Assembly: GCA_964016885.1 (NCBI GenBank)
Contig: OZ024740.1
Coordinates: 120,900,001 to 120,964,000, forward strand
Origin: Eledone cirrhosa
Lineage: Eukaryota
Length of the DNA stretch: 64,000 bases
Reading direction: 5' to 3'
Every line of letters begins with the position of its first letter. The stretch's first letter is position 1. The notes beneath the pieces are model-generated. The model was not told the origin of the DNA, ran no database searches, and saw only the letters and a list, made by a program, of their open reading frames with translations. Shown one piece after another: positions 42,441 to 57,575 of the stretch. The translations under genes and the position numbers were made by a program.

Positions 42441-44072
42441 GTAAATATGGTGATAATGGAGCTGCGGCGTTGCAAATGGGATACATATGAAAAAGTGAGT
42501 CCTCATCAGTGACCCTCCAACCGTCCTCGGCATTTCATCGCTTTAAGGGCCATATGCCTCAGGTTGGTGCGAACAACGGCTAAAAAAAGTCGTTGGGACA
42601 CGTAAATAAGGGGGGACATTAGAGTAACAACAAAAGGGTTATAGCAACGGAAAGTGAGTAGAAATAGACAAGTCCCAGATCTCTATGAATATAAACTCTG
42701 TGAAATCGTGAACAAGAGACGAAAGACCATCGAACCTGGTAGAAATGTGAGCAAGGAAAGAATTTCGCCCAAGTTCGACAGGGGGGAAAAAGGAGAGAGA
42801 GAGAGAGAACGAAAAGTGGTCTACGAATTCGGTAAACGCAAGTTTTGTGAAGTCGCAGACGAAAGAGAGAGAGAAAAAAAATTATTACCAGCTCGGTCAA
42901 GACTGCGCGAGAAAAGAATTACACACAGGTCAAACTTGAAGGAGGAGGAGGAAAGAGGAGGAGGAGAGGTAGTGACAGAGAATGAGTGAGTGAAAGTTGA
43001 GGAGAGGGTAACAGAGAGGAGACTGCTAAAAGGTAGAGATACAAGGAGCGAAACAGACAGGCAGCATGGAAAGTATATGTGTAAATATGGTGATAATGGA
43101 GCTGCGGCGTTGCAAATGGGATACATATGAAAAAGTGAGTCCTCATCAGTGACCCTCCAACCGTCCTCGGCATTTCATCGCTTTAAGGGCCATATGCCTC
43201 AGGTTGGTGCGAACAACGGCTAATAAAAGTCGTTGGGACACGTAAATAAGGGGGGACATTAGAGTAACAACAAAAGGGTTATAGCAACGGAAAGTGAGTA
43301 GAAATAGACAAGTCCCAGATCTCTATGAATATAAACTCTGTGAAATCGTGAACAAGAGACGAAAGACCATCGAACCTGGTAGAAATGTGAGCAAGGAAAG
43401 AATTTCGCCCAAGTTCGACAGGGGGGAAAAAGGAGAGAGAGAGAGAGAATCCCATTTGCAACGCCGCAGCTCCATTATCACCATATTTACACATATACTT
43501 TCCATGCTGCCTGTCTGTTTCGTTCCTTGTATCTCTACCTTTTAGCAGTCTCCTCTCTGTTACCCTCTCCTCAACTTTCACTCACTCATTCTCTGTCACT
43601 ACCTCTCCTCCTCCTCTTTCCTCCACCTCCTTCAAGTTTGACCTGTGTGTAATTCTTTTCTCGCGCGGTCTTGACCGAGCTGGTAATAATTTTTTTTCTC
43701 TCTCTCTTTCGTCTGCGACTTCACAAAACTTGCCTTTACCGAATTCGTAGACCACTTTTCGTTCTCTCTCTCCTTTTTCCCCCCTGTCGAACTTGGGCGA
43801 AATTCTTTCCTTGCTCACATTTCTACCAGGTTCGATGGTCTTTCGTCTCTTGTTCACGATTTCACAGAGTTTATATTCATAGAGATCTGGGACTTGTCTA
43901 TTTCTACTCACTTTCCGTTGCTATAACCCTTTTGTTGTTACTCTAATGTCCCCCCTTATTTACGTGTCCCAACGACTTTTTTTAGCCGTTGTTCGCACCA
44001 ACCTGTGGCATATGGCCCTTAAAGCGATGAAATGCCGAGGACGGTTGGAGGGTCACTGATGAGGACTCACTT

Positions 44073-44078
<6 letters not shown>
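42441..44078. mobile_element. ORF-less (TA)n-inserted element, family B (640-bp unit, partial tandem, then an inverted unit)
   Basis: 42441 and 43081 start identical units; inversion at about 43450; 43450-44078 is the reverse complement of about 42485-43121. Confidence 0.88.
42499..42599 (-). ncRNA. Candidate permuted hammerhead, family B (copies at 43139-43239 - and 43966-44066 +)
   Basis: Sense: GTCC caacgac ttttttta gccgttg t TCGC a ccaacc tga GGCAT-A TGGCCCT taaa GCGA T GAA-ATGCC gaggac ggttgg AGGGTCA CTGATGA GGAC. Confidence 0.6.
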
Positions 44079-44151
<73 letters not shown>

Positions 44152-44222
44152 GTATATATATATATATAGTATATATATATATATATATACATATATAGTA
44201 TATATATATATATATATATATA

Positions 44223-44281
<59 letters not shown>

Positions 44282-44438
44282 ATATACTGTATATATTTAT
44301 ACATACATATATATATGTATATACTATATATATACACTATATATATATATATATATATACTGTATATATTTATATATACGTATATATATATATATATATA
44401 CTATATATATGTATATATATATATATATATATACTATA

Positions 44439-44469
<31 letters not shown>

Positions 44470-44779
44470 GTATATACTATATGTATATATATACTGTGTA
44501 TATTTATATATACATATATATAAATATATACTATATATATATATATATGTATAGTATATATATGTATATATATATATACATATATATAGTATATATATGT
44601 ATATATATACTATATATATATATAAATATATATATATGTATATACAATATATATATATATATAGTATTTATATATATAAATATATAGTATATACGTATAT
44701 ATATATATGGTATATATATATATGTATATATAAATATATATAGTATATATATATATATATAAATATATATAGTATATAC

Positions 44780-44824
<45 letters not shown>

Positions 44825-44859
44825 CTATATATATATACTGTATATATTTATATATACAT

Positions 44860-44890
<31 letters not shown>

Positions 44891-44967
44891 GTATATACTA
44901 TATATATATATATGTACTGTATATATTTTTATATACATATATATATAATATATATATATGTATATAC

Positions 44968-45031
<64 letters not shown>

Positions 45032-45077
45032 TATATATATATATATACATATATATATACTATATATATATATATAT
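44078..45077. repeat. Long imperfect (TA)n array (others at 47490-48045, 51560-52505, 55866-56844, 57293-57575, 59723-60095)
   Basis: Directly visible; recurring tgtatatactat and atagtatataca interruptions. Confidence 0.95.
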
Positions 45078-47532
<2,455 letters not shown>

Positions 47533-47761
47533 TATATATATATATATATATATATATACCGTATATATATATATATATATATATATATACAAATATCTAT
47601 GTAAATACTATATATATATATATAAATATATATATATATGTATATAGTATATATATATATATATATATACCGTATATATATATATACATATATATATGCA
47701 AATACTATATATATATATATATATACCGTATATATATATATACATATATATATGTAAATAC

Positions 47762-47886
<125 letters not shown>

Positions 47887-47955
47887 CTATATATATATAT
47901 ACAATATATATATGTATATATATATATGTATATACTATATATATATATGTGTATA

Positions 47956-48021
<66 letters not shown>

Positions 48022-48045
48022 TATATATATATATATATATATATA

Positions 48046-51000
48046 GTAATAATAATAAAATTGGAGACTAAAATCCAAAGAGGGCTCGATAAGGAAAATA
48101 TCTATCAAATATATAAGAACCGAAGAGCAGATATTTATTAAAATAACAGATTAAAGTTTAAGCAAAGAATCGCTGCTTTCACCCTTAACGGGATCTTCTG
48201 AAACTAACAAAGTCAATCTGTAAACGCAGAACTGGATATTTCAAAAAACGTTGCAGCCGGAGGAAGACAGAAAGACGATACTTTGGTTAGTGGTGACGTT
48301 CGCTGGCAAAGAACGGAAAAAAACGAATAATACGTCATTAATAGGAGCGGTGAAAAACAATTACGCGCAAAGACAGAACCACGTTTATGGTATAAAAGAG
48401 GTCGTAGACTAATGTTCTCTAAGTGGTGCATAGAGACGTTCTCTGGCAATGAACGAAAAAAACCAAGTTAATACGTCATATGTGGAGCGTGGAGAACAAT
48501 AGCATGCATAGACAAAACCACGTAAATGGTATAGCAGAAGTCGTAGACTAAAATTCTTACTAGGAAACCGAATGAATCTCCGCTACAGAGTTAAGAACAA
48601 AGTAAATAAATACAATACAGAAGTAATAGAAACAAATAAATACATACACGCAAACAGATACGTACATACACAAGCATACGCAAAACCTTACCATAGGTAT
48701 ACAAAACCACGCACATATAAATATGTGTATGTGTGTATGCGTGTGTACAAATAAATAAATAATTATATAAACGTATATAAGTAAATAAATACGTATATAA
48801 CAAGCGCACACACATACCTACAAATAAATACATGAAGGTTCGGAGACGCAAGTCAACTAAAACAAGAAGTACACATATACACACACCCACCATACGTACG
48901 AACCTGCATGCTCACGCAGACGCAAAGCTCCCATATACACATAACCAAACCCTAAATACCAAAATATGTAAAAATTATACGCCATAACAGTCAAATATAC
49001 GTACGAGGAGGTATACATACCTTCACAAAACATACGGGTAATATATACTTACCTATGCAAATAAGTAAAGGAATAAACAGAACATATACTTAGCTCCCAC
49101 ATCAAGACGTAAAATATCCACGTATAGAACGTGCTATCCGTTAGGGTATAACGTAGGGCTGTAATACAGGAAAGTTTTGTGCAATTTATGTTTACAAGCC
49201 GAAATTGCCTCAGATTTTTTGTTTAAGATGTGGTCTGTGGCGTAGAGTATTTCCAGGGCCTCAGCGGCGCAGAGGTCACATGGTCTTTTATTTCCGTTAT
49301 ACGATCTAGCCCTAGCTAGGATCTCCCAGTGTAACTTATATTGGGTGTGGTTGTCTTTTAGACTCCAGATATAAGCTGAAAGTGACGTCATATTCCTTCT
49401 GAGAGGGTAACGAAAAGAATGGGTATGCATGTAAAGACGCTGCTTGAAACTATTGGCGGTTAACCCTATGTAGGCCCTACGGGACGTGGGTGTTACGACC
49501 TTACATTTGTAGACAATGTTACTAGAGAGGCATTTCTCGGATAGGGGACAATCAGCCCGATTCCTACAATTACAGTTAGTACTAACATCAGGGTTGCACG
49601 TGTTCCTACGGCTAGGTAGTTTAGCTAAGTTTGAAGTGTGATGTTATGTGCAAGGTTAGGAGTCGTTGAGTAAGACATTTTAATAGTGTTTCTATTAAAA
49701 ATTTTACTGTATTTATGTGTAGGAGGAAAATGCTTCGTAATAAGGGAAAGACAGATCTTAGCTAATGGTGTGGCCACCTCCATATTATATGGTGGGTTAA
49801 ACCAACAAATGCGACGGGATCTATTTCTTCCAGGTCTATTCTCGTACTCTGTATATGCTACCTTATCGACAAATCCACTTCGAGCAAGAGCTTCATTGTA
49901 ATAAGTGGAATGGTCGTTGAAAATGCGCTCGTTGGTGGAAAGACGGGAAAGCCTCAACGAAACGTTTTTTACCAGGTTCTTGGTTATGCTGGCAGGATGG
50001 TTGGAATGCTTACTTATGTAATTAAGCGTATCATTCGGCTTTCTATACGGGTAATGCAACCCATTCAATAAATAGAGGGTAACGTCGAGGTAATTAACGA
50101 CCGAGAGATTGGCCTCAATCTGTATAGAGAGGTTGAAGCCTTTAAAGAAGGCTGTGAGTTCTTTTCTGAAGCTGTCGCAAGCACGAGGTCCGCACTTAGT
50201 CATGGTCAAAAGACCATCGTCGCGCTACAAACCACCGACCGCGTTGGGGAATTCGTCCTTGATAGAGAAAAGAAGGAAAAGGACAATAAGATCAGTAACC
50301 TCCGCAGAGTCACTGGCGCCCATACTCACGTCGAATGGGGTACTATTGAATTTTTTAATCCAAATAGAGTCGTTGAAATTAATCACCGACTTTCGGGCAT
50401 TAAGGATGACATCAACTTCGAAATCCTTAACCACTCTGAATGTTTTAGCGAAATTGATAGCTCTAAGGAGAAGTGGTAAAGTGATGGAGGAGTACTAATT
50501 GTTGATGTCGAATTGGATAAAACGGCAATGTTCCTTGTTACATATGCCGTTGAACCAATCAATCACCGCGAAAGAATTGTTCCACAGTGCGAGAGGGGCC
50601 AAACTTCTAATTTCAGGTATAATTCTATCAAGAATCGTTTTACTAAGTCTACCTAAATCGGACCTCGTAGGGTTAATAAGCCGAATAGAGGGGTTGTTCG
50701 GAAAATTGGATTTGTGATCCTTCAGGGTAAAGTGGGGAGAGATAGGGTCCAGAGGTTCGGTCCGGTCCAGGATGTTGAGATCAGATGTGATTTTAAACCC
50801 AGCATCGTTGATTTCATTTATAACACAACGATTAGTTTTACGGTAATCCTTAGTTACAGCATTATGTAGTAGTTGATGGTAAGTACTGCGCTCTACTTGA
50901 TATAGGTTGCCAGTTTTGTCGGAATGGACGTGCACGGCGTTAGAATCCTTAATAGAACGAATTCTATTCTTCAGGTCTTGCTGGAAGGAATTGCCCCTAT

Positions 51001-51303
51001 TCCGAAATTTGATACTCCGAATGAGTTCCAAGACATCATTTTCGAAGGGTCGCAATGCTGGGTTCCACGGAGGGTTATTATTGGTTTTAAATCCAAATTT
51101 GTCCTGTTTGTTGTCTGCTTTTCGCGGATTATCGAAATAAAAGGCACGCCAACGCAACCTTTTAATGAACGCGTCTGTTTTCTGTATCAGGAGTTTTAGG
51201 TAAGTTTTCCTGCTTGGTACGGGTATGTTCTTAGTAGAAATATTCAGATGTTGTTTCTGCATGATGAATATAAGTCAGTAGAGTGCTCAACCGAAGGAGC
51301 CAA

Positions 51304-51366
<63 letters not shown>

Positions 51367-51560
51367 TTGAAGACTAAAATCCCGTTCTTTGCCAGCGAAC
51401 GTCACCATGAACCAAAATATCGTCTTCCTGTCTTCCCCCGGTTGCAACGTTTTTTGAAATATCCAGTTCTGCGTTTACAGATTGACTTTGTTAGTTTCAG
51501 AAGATCCCGTTAAGGGTGAAAGCAGCGATTCTTTGCTTAAACTTTAATCTGTTATTTTAA
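48046..51560 (-). mobile_element. Near full-length Penelope-like element (Hydra-clade-like) with partial-tandem and inverted terminal repeat
   Basis: ORF about 51262-49134 broken by two TAG stops and a frameshift: KRLRWRA, SDKTGN, TLKDHK, RLINP, QFDI, MGASDSAE, NYLDV, WFNPPY, CNCR..CPL, YIG; 48046-48077 repeats upstream of the ORF; 51382-51560 is an inverted 3' repeat. Confidence 0.93.
51493..51543 (+). ncRNA. Hammerhead-like motif with CAGAAGA (U4A) core
   Basis: AGTTT CAGAAGA tCCC gttaa GGGt GAA AGCA gcgattctt TGCT T AAACT; same core at 48155-48205 (-) and 59654-59704 (+). Confidence 0.6.
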
Positions 51561-51569
51561 TATATATAT

Positions 51570-51627
<58 letters not shown>

Positions 51628-51640
51628 GTATATACTATAT

Positions 51641-51701
<61 letters not shown>

Positions 51702-51817
51702 CTATATATAAATATATATATAAATATATATATATAGTATATATATATATATATATATAGTATATACATATATATATATATATAGTATATATTTAGATAT
51801 ACAGTATATATATATAG

Positions 51818-51865
<48 letters not shown>

Positions 51866-51885
51866 TATACAGTATATATATATAG

Positions 51886-51933
<48 letters not shown>

Positions 51934-51938
51934 CTATA

Positions 51939-51983
<45 letters not shown>

Positions 51984-52049
51984 TGTATATATTTATATAT
52001 ACATATATATATATATATATACTATATAATATATATATATATAAGTATA

Positions 52050-52148
<99 letters not shown>

Positions 52149-52323
52149 TACTATATATATATATATATATATGTATATACTATATATACATACTATATAT
52201 ATATATATATATATATGTATATACTATATATATATATATACTTTATAGATATAAATATATATGTATATACTATATATAGATATATATATATATGTATATA
52301 CCATATATATATATATATGTATA

Positions 52324-52388
<65 letters not shown>

Positions 52389-52450
52389 ATATATATATAT
52401 ATATATATAGTATATATATTATATACATATATATATATATATATAGTATA

Positions 52451-52509
<59 letters not shown>

Positions 52510-53235
52510 TAATAAAATAATGAATAAACAAAGAAACAATTCCTTATATTAAAAAAATTCATCATTTTACGATCGTTTCTAGAATATATATGTGTTAGAG
52601 TTGTTATGCATATTCTATAGATCTATGTACAATATTTATACAAACTATCAGAGGGAATATACATACCTACACATATATATGCTGTCTTCAGAAATAATGA
52701 TATTTGTTTATTGAAAAAAACAAAGATTCAATACAATAGGTCTGTTTGGGAATATGTTTTGAATTGACCAATAGAGAGATAGTGAGGGTCAGGATAGTAA
52801 TATAGTAGTAGAAGAACCTTAAATTATGGGTAGAGGAAGGTAGATTTCGGTTTTGGATGGAAAAGAATATTATGAATGAAGGATTATTTTAGGGAAGAAA
52901 TAGGTCTTATGCTGACCTCAGAAATAATTTTATTTTTTCATTGAATAAAACCAACAAAGATCTAATATATATGTTTACTTAATGGTATCAATTTTAGGAA
53001 ATGATATTTGTAAGAAGGAAAGCAAAATTATGTAGTTCATCAGTAGTAGAATATTAATTATAGGTTAACTAAATTAAAAATAGTTTATATATTAATTTCA
53101 AAAGTGTATATTAATTAGGTTTATAATTTTTAAAGCAGAATTATGTAGTTTATCAGTAGTAGAATATTAATTATAGGTTAACTAAATTAAAAATAATTCA
53201 TAAATTAATTTCTAAAGTGTATATTAATTAGGTTT

Positions 53236-55149
53236 TTAATATTTAAAGGTTTTTCTCAGTTTATGATTACACGATATTATTAATTCGTGTCGCTTATTTA
53301 ATAGGATATCCTTAGATTTCATTATTTCAAAAAGTTCTTGGGAACATAATCTACATTCATTTCTACTATTTTGATAAGGGGTGGCCCTTTTGAGCACACT
53401 CCAGGTCAGGTCATATTCTATATTCCTCTTTCTATAACTATTTATTATTTCAGCTAGAGATGTTGTATTAGCTAGTGCGGCATTTTTAAAACTATGTTTG
53501 TGGGTATTAAATCTTACCTTAAATTTGTTAGAGGTAGCTCCTATATATGAATAAATTGAGTCCTTAGTGTTAACTTTACATTTATATACTATGTTATTAA
53601 CAAGGCAATTTCCTTTTAATGGACAGTTTGCCTTGCTTCTACAGTTACAACTTTTCGTGAATCCTGTATCTGAGGAGATATTATGGTGAGTTTGATGTAC
53701 TGGTGGTATACTCATGGTTCTTTTACATTTATATGCATTATAGGCACTTATATTTTGTTTTATGTTTTTGTTTGTTGAGTAGGAGAATTTAACCGTTGAT
53801 CTATTTAATATTTGATGGTATTTGTGGTTTGGCGGGAAGTTTTTCTTTAGGATATTAAATAATTTTTTAGGTATATTATCCTTAATTTGTAAATTAAATG
53901 GAGCATTGTACCAAGTAACTCGTCTATTACGGTTTCGATGTTGTTTATTGTTTTTATAGGATGCATCCTGATGTTTATTAAGAGAATTATTGTTAATAAC
54001 CTCAACACACATATTTTTAGTTAGATTTATTGATTTGGGTGTTTTAGCTTGTTTATTAGGAGTTTTATTATTAACATTTATTAGAGTTGTAGGATGAGTA
54101 GTTTTTTGAGAGTTACTATACTGTATATTAGAAGAGTTAGAGAAATTTGGTTTTATGTTGGTGTTTTGGGGTATAGTGTGAGTGGCATTTAGGTGTGTAT
54201 GTTTCATTTGGTGTTTGTTGGTAATATTAGGTTGTATGTTTGTAGTGTTATTGGTAGAAGGTATATATACTAATCTATTTTTGTGGCCACTTCTAGCTAG
54301 AGCTTCGTTATAAAAGGTCGCATTTTTATCAAATACATCTTGGTTAGACGAAAGGTTAGAAATTCTAAGTGATATATTATATGCAAGGTTTTTAAGGATA
54401 GATTTAGGGTGATTAGATTGTGAGTGTATGTAGTGTAAATTTTGGTTGGGTTTATGGTAAGGTTGGTAGATACCCGCAGATAAGTCTAATGTTATATCTA
54501 GGAAATTAACTACTTTACTTGTGTTTTCAAATGTAATATCTAGACTATAATAGTCTTTGAGGAAAGTTCTAATAAGCTTTTTATTTTTTTCTATCTCTGA
54601 GAAGCAAAGGTTATTGGAAAGAAGAAGACAGTCGTCACGATATAAACCACCTTTAAGGTGGGGAAAAGAAGCATGTATGTTAAAAAGAAGAAAGAGGCCC
54701 ACAAGATCAGTAATTTGGGCAGAATCGCTTGAGCCCATAGTAATATCTAATAGATTACTATATGTGTTTCTGGTCCAGTATTCATTCTGAAATTCCAATA
54801 GTGTTAGTCTAGCATGTGTAATAATATTAATGTCATCCAAAGTTAAGTTAGATCTATTTTTAGCAAATATCAAGGCTTTGTTCAGGAGTATAGGTGATAT
54901 AGAAGAATAATAATTATCTATATCAAATTGTAGAAATGAAGCAGAGGATTTATTTCTAATATTATTAAACCAGTTAATTACCTGGGATGTGTTTTCCCAG
55001 AGTGGTAAATTAACATGTTTTCTTAGTTGTGTGATGACATTGTCTAACATTTTTTTACTAATTATTCCAATATCAGATTTGGAAGGGCATATAAGCCTGA
55101 TAGAAGGATTCGAGTTAAAGTTAGATTTATGATCTAAAATAAGCTTCAA
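53236..55149 (-). CDS. PLE RT + GIY-YIG, uninterrupted but N-truncated (637 aa)
   Basis: QFDIDNYYSSI, MGSSDSAQ, GGLYRDD, NFLDI, WYNAPF, CNCRSKANCPL, NIVY..YIGAT..FKVRFNTH, CRLC; Asn/Thr-rich linker; the TTG start is a truncation point. Confidence 0.9.
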   Translation of the reverse strand: MKLILDHKSNFNSNPSIRLICPSKSDIGIISKKMLDNVITQLRKHVNLPLWENTSQVINWFNNIRNKSSASFLQFDIDNYYSSISPILLNKALIFAKNRSNLTLDDINIITHARLTLLEFQNEYWTRNTYSNLLDITMGSSDSAQITDLVGLFLLFNIHASFPHLKGGLYRDDCLLLSNNLCFSEIEKNKKLIRTFLKDYYSLDITFENTSKVVNFLDITLDLSAGIYQPYHKPNQNLHYIHSQSNHPKSILKNLAYNISLRISNLSSNQDVFDKNATFYNEALARSGHKNRLVYIPSTNNTTNIQPNITNKHQMKHTHLNATHTIPQNTNIKPNFSNSSNIQYSNSQKTTHPTTLINVNNKTPNKQAKTPKSINLTKNMCVEVINNNSLNKHQDASYKNNKQHRNRNRRVTWYNAPFNLQIKDNIPKKLFNILKKNFPPNHKYHQILNRSTVKFSYSTNKNIKQNISAYNAYKCKRTMSIPPVHQTHHNISSDTGFTKSCNCRSKANCPLKGNCLVNNIVYKCKVNTKDSIYSYIGATSNKFKVRFNTHKHSFKNAALANTTSLAEIINSYRKRNIEYDLTWSVLKRATPYQNSRNECRLCSQELFEIMKSKDILLNKRHELIISCNHKLRKTFKY

Positions 55150-55537
55150 ATACTACTATTTTACCATTTATGATCTAAATTTAGATTTATGATCTAAAAT
55201 AAGCTTCAATTACTACTATTTTACCATTTGGCCAATTATTAACTTTCTATTGGTTAATTCTAAACCTCTTACCAAACAGACAGAATATATTAGATCTTTG
55301 TTGGTTTTATTCAATGAAAAAATAAAATTATTTCTGAGGTCAGCATAAGACCTATTTCTTCCCTAAAATAATCCTTCATTCATAATATTCTTTTCCATCC
55401 AAAACTGAAATCTACCTTCCTCTACCCATAATTTAAGGTTCTTCTACTACTATATTACTATCCTGACCCTCACTATCTCTCTATTGGTCAATTCAAAACC
55501 TATTCACAAACAGACCTATTTTTGCAATAAACAAATA

Positions 55538-55679
55538 TCATTATTTCTGAAGACAGCATATATATGTGTAGGTATGTATATTCCCTCTCATAGTTTGTAT
55601 AAGTATTGTACATAGATCTATAGAATATGCATACCAACTCTAACACATATATATCCTAGAAACGATCGTAAAATGATGA
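55538..55679 (+). ncRNA. Type I hammerhead with 105-nt stem II region
   Basis: TCATTATTT CTGAAGA cAGcATATATATGTGT..ACACATATATATcCTa GAAA C GATC G TA AAATGATGA; copy at 52559-52700 (-). Confidence 0.78.
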
Positions 55680-55862
55680 ATTTTTTTAATATAAGGAACT
55701 GTTTCTTTGTTTATTCATTATTTTATTAATTTATCTTGACTCTGTTTTCCGTTTATTTTTCACCGAAAGCAGTTTTTGAATGCATCTCTTTTCATGATAT
55801 CCGGATTACATTGAGTTCTTCATACGGATAGGACACTACCGTAAACTTTTGGTAGATTTATC

Positions 55863-55905
<43 letters not shown>

Positions 55906-55987
55906 TAAAATATATATAGTATATATATATATATATATATATATAAATATATATAGTATATATATATAGTATATATATATATATATA

Positions 55988-56120
<133 letters not shown>

Positions 56121-56322
56121 CTATATATATACTGTATATATTTATATATACATATATATATATATGTACTATATAATATATATATATATATGTATATACT
56201 ATATATATATATGTATATACTATATATATATATACTGTATATATTTATATATACATATATATATATATGTACTATCTTATATATATATAAGTATATACTA
56301 TATATATATATATATATATATA

Positions 56323-56362
<40 letters not shown>

Positions 56363-56385
56363 TATATATATATATGTGTATATAC

Positions 56386-56482
<97 letters not shown>

Positions 56483-56521
56483 CTATATATATATGTATAT
56501 ACTATATATATATATATACTA

Positions 56522-56552
<31 letters not shown>

Positions 56553-56630
56553 CTATATATATATATGTATATACTATATATATATATATACTATATATAT
56601 ATATATATCTATATACTATATTTATATATA

Positions 56631-56679
<49 letters not shown>

Positions 56680-56844
56680 CTATATATATGTTTATATATA
56701 TATATATATATGTATACTATATATATATATATATATATGTATATACTATATATATATATATATATATACATATATACTATATATATATATACATATATAC
56801 TATATATATATATACATAATACTATATATATATATATATATATA

Positions 56845-57290
56845 TAATATAAGATCAAAAGATGGTTAAAGGAGTTCCATATATTTTATTATGCGCATTT
56901 CAAAAACAAACATCATCAAGCAATAATATTTGTGTTTTCATCAGATAAAACAGGAGAACATGATATGAAGGCTAAAAAACACTTGTGGATAGTGCAGTTT
57001 TAAATCAACATATGAAAAGTGGTTTTAGATTTTCATATGTTGATTTAAAACTGCACTACCCACAAGTGTTTTTTAGCCTTCATATCATGTTCTCCTGTTT
57101 TATCTGATGAAAACACAAATATTATTGCTTGATGATGTTTGTTTTTGAAATGCGCATAATAAAATATATGGAACTACTTTAACCATCTTTTGATCTTATA
57201 TTATGCATACTCCAGTCCCACAAACTGTAGAGTGCTTCTTATCCGATATCTGCATTGCTTTATTGTACTACAATAAAACTCACCTCCTAC

Positions 57291-57293
<3 letters not shown>
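56845..57293. mobile_element. ORF-less element with fold-back (174-bp arms 56845-57018 and 57030-57203)
   Basis: Near-perfect reverse complement with a few substitutions; flanked by (TA)n. Confidence 0.9.
57097..57165 (+). ncRNA. Canonical minimal type I hammerhead
   Basis: GTTTTAT CTGATGA AAACACAAATATTATT gctt GATGATGTTTGTTTTT GAAA T GCGC A TA ATAAAAT; mirror copy at 56883-56951 (-). Confidence 0.85.
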
Positions 57294-57386
<93 letters not shown>

Positions 57387-57393
57387 CTATATT

Positions 57394-57436
<43 letters not shown>

Positions 57437-57575
57437 GTATATACTATATACATATATATATATGTATATATATATGTACTATATATATATACATATATAG
57501 TATATACATATATATATATATATATAGTATATACATATATATATATATATAGTATATACATATATATATATATAC

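Larger units (their letters stand above)
52506..55866 (-). mobile_element. 5'-truncated Penelope-like element with inverted terminal repeat (52506-52970 versus 55285-55735)
   Basis: Reverse-complement match of the 3' region upstream of the ORF; both ends in (TA)n. Confidence 0.9.

Noticed and set aside
42654-43946. Repeated 83-111 aa ORFs (MSRNRQVPD.., MTELVIIFF..) in family B
   Set aside because: Non-ATG starts, low complexity, and not visibly conserved in family A.
43966-44066. Pistol ribozyme or SECIS reading of the family A/B motif (cccttaaagcg; ATGA..AA..GA)
   Set aside because: The pistol A-rich linker after P1 is absent. The SECIS stem would be too short and family B has ATGG. The hammerhead-core reading explains the covariation better.
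50225-50497. In-frame stops as selenocysteine recoding (as in some Naiad PLEs)
   Set aside because: Both stops are TAG, the second copy has TAC at one of them, and the endonuclease is C-terminal.
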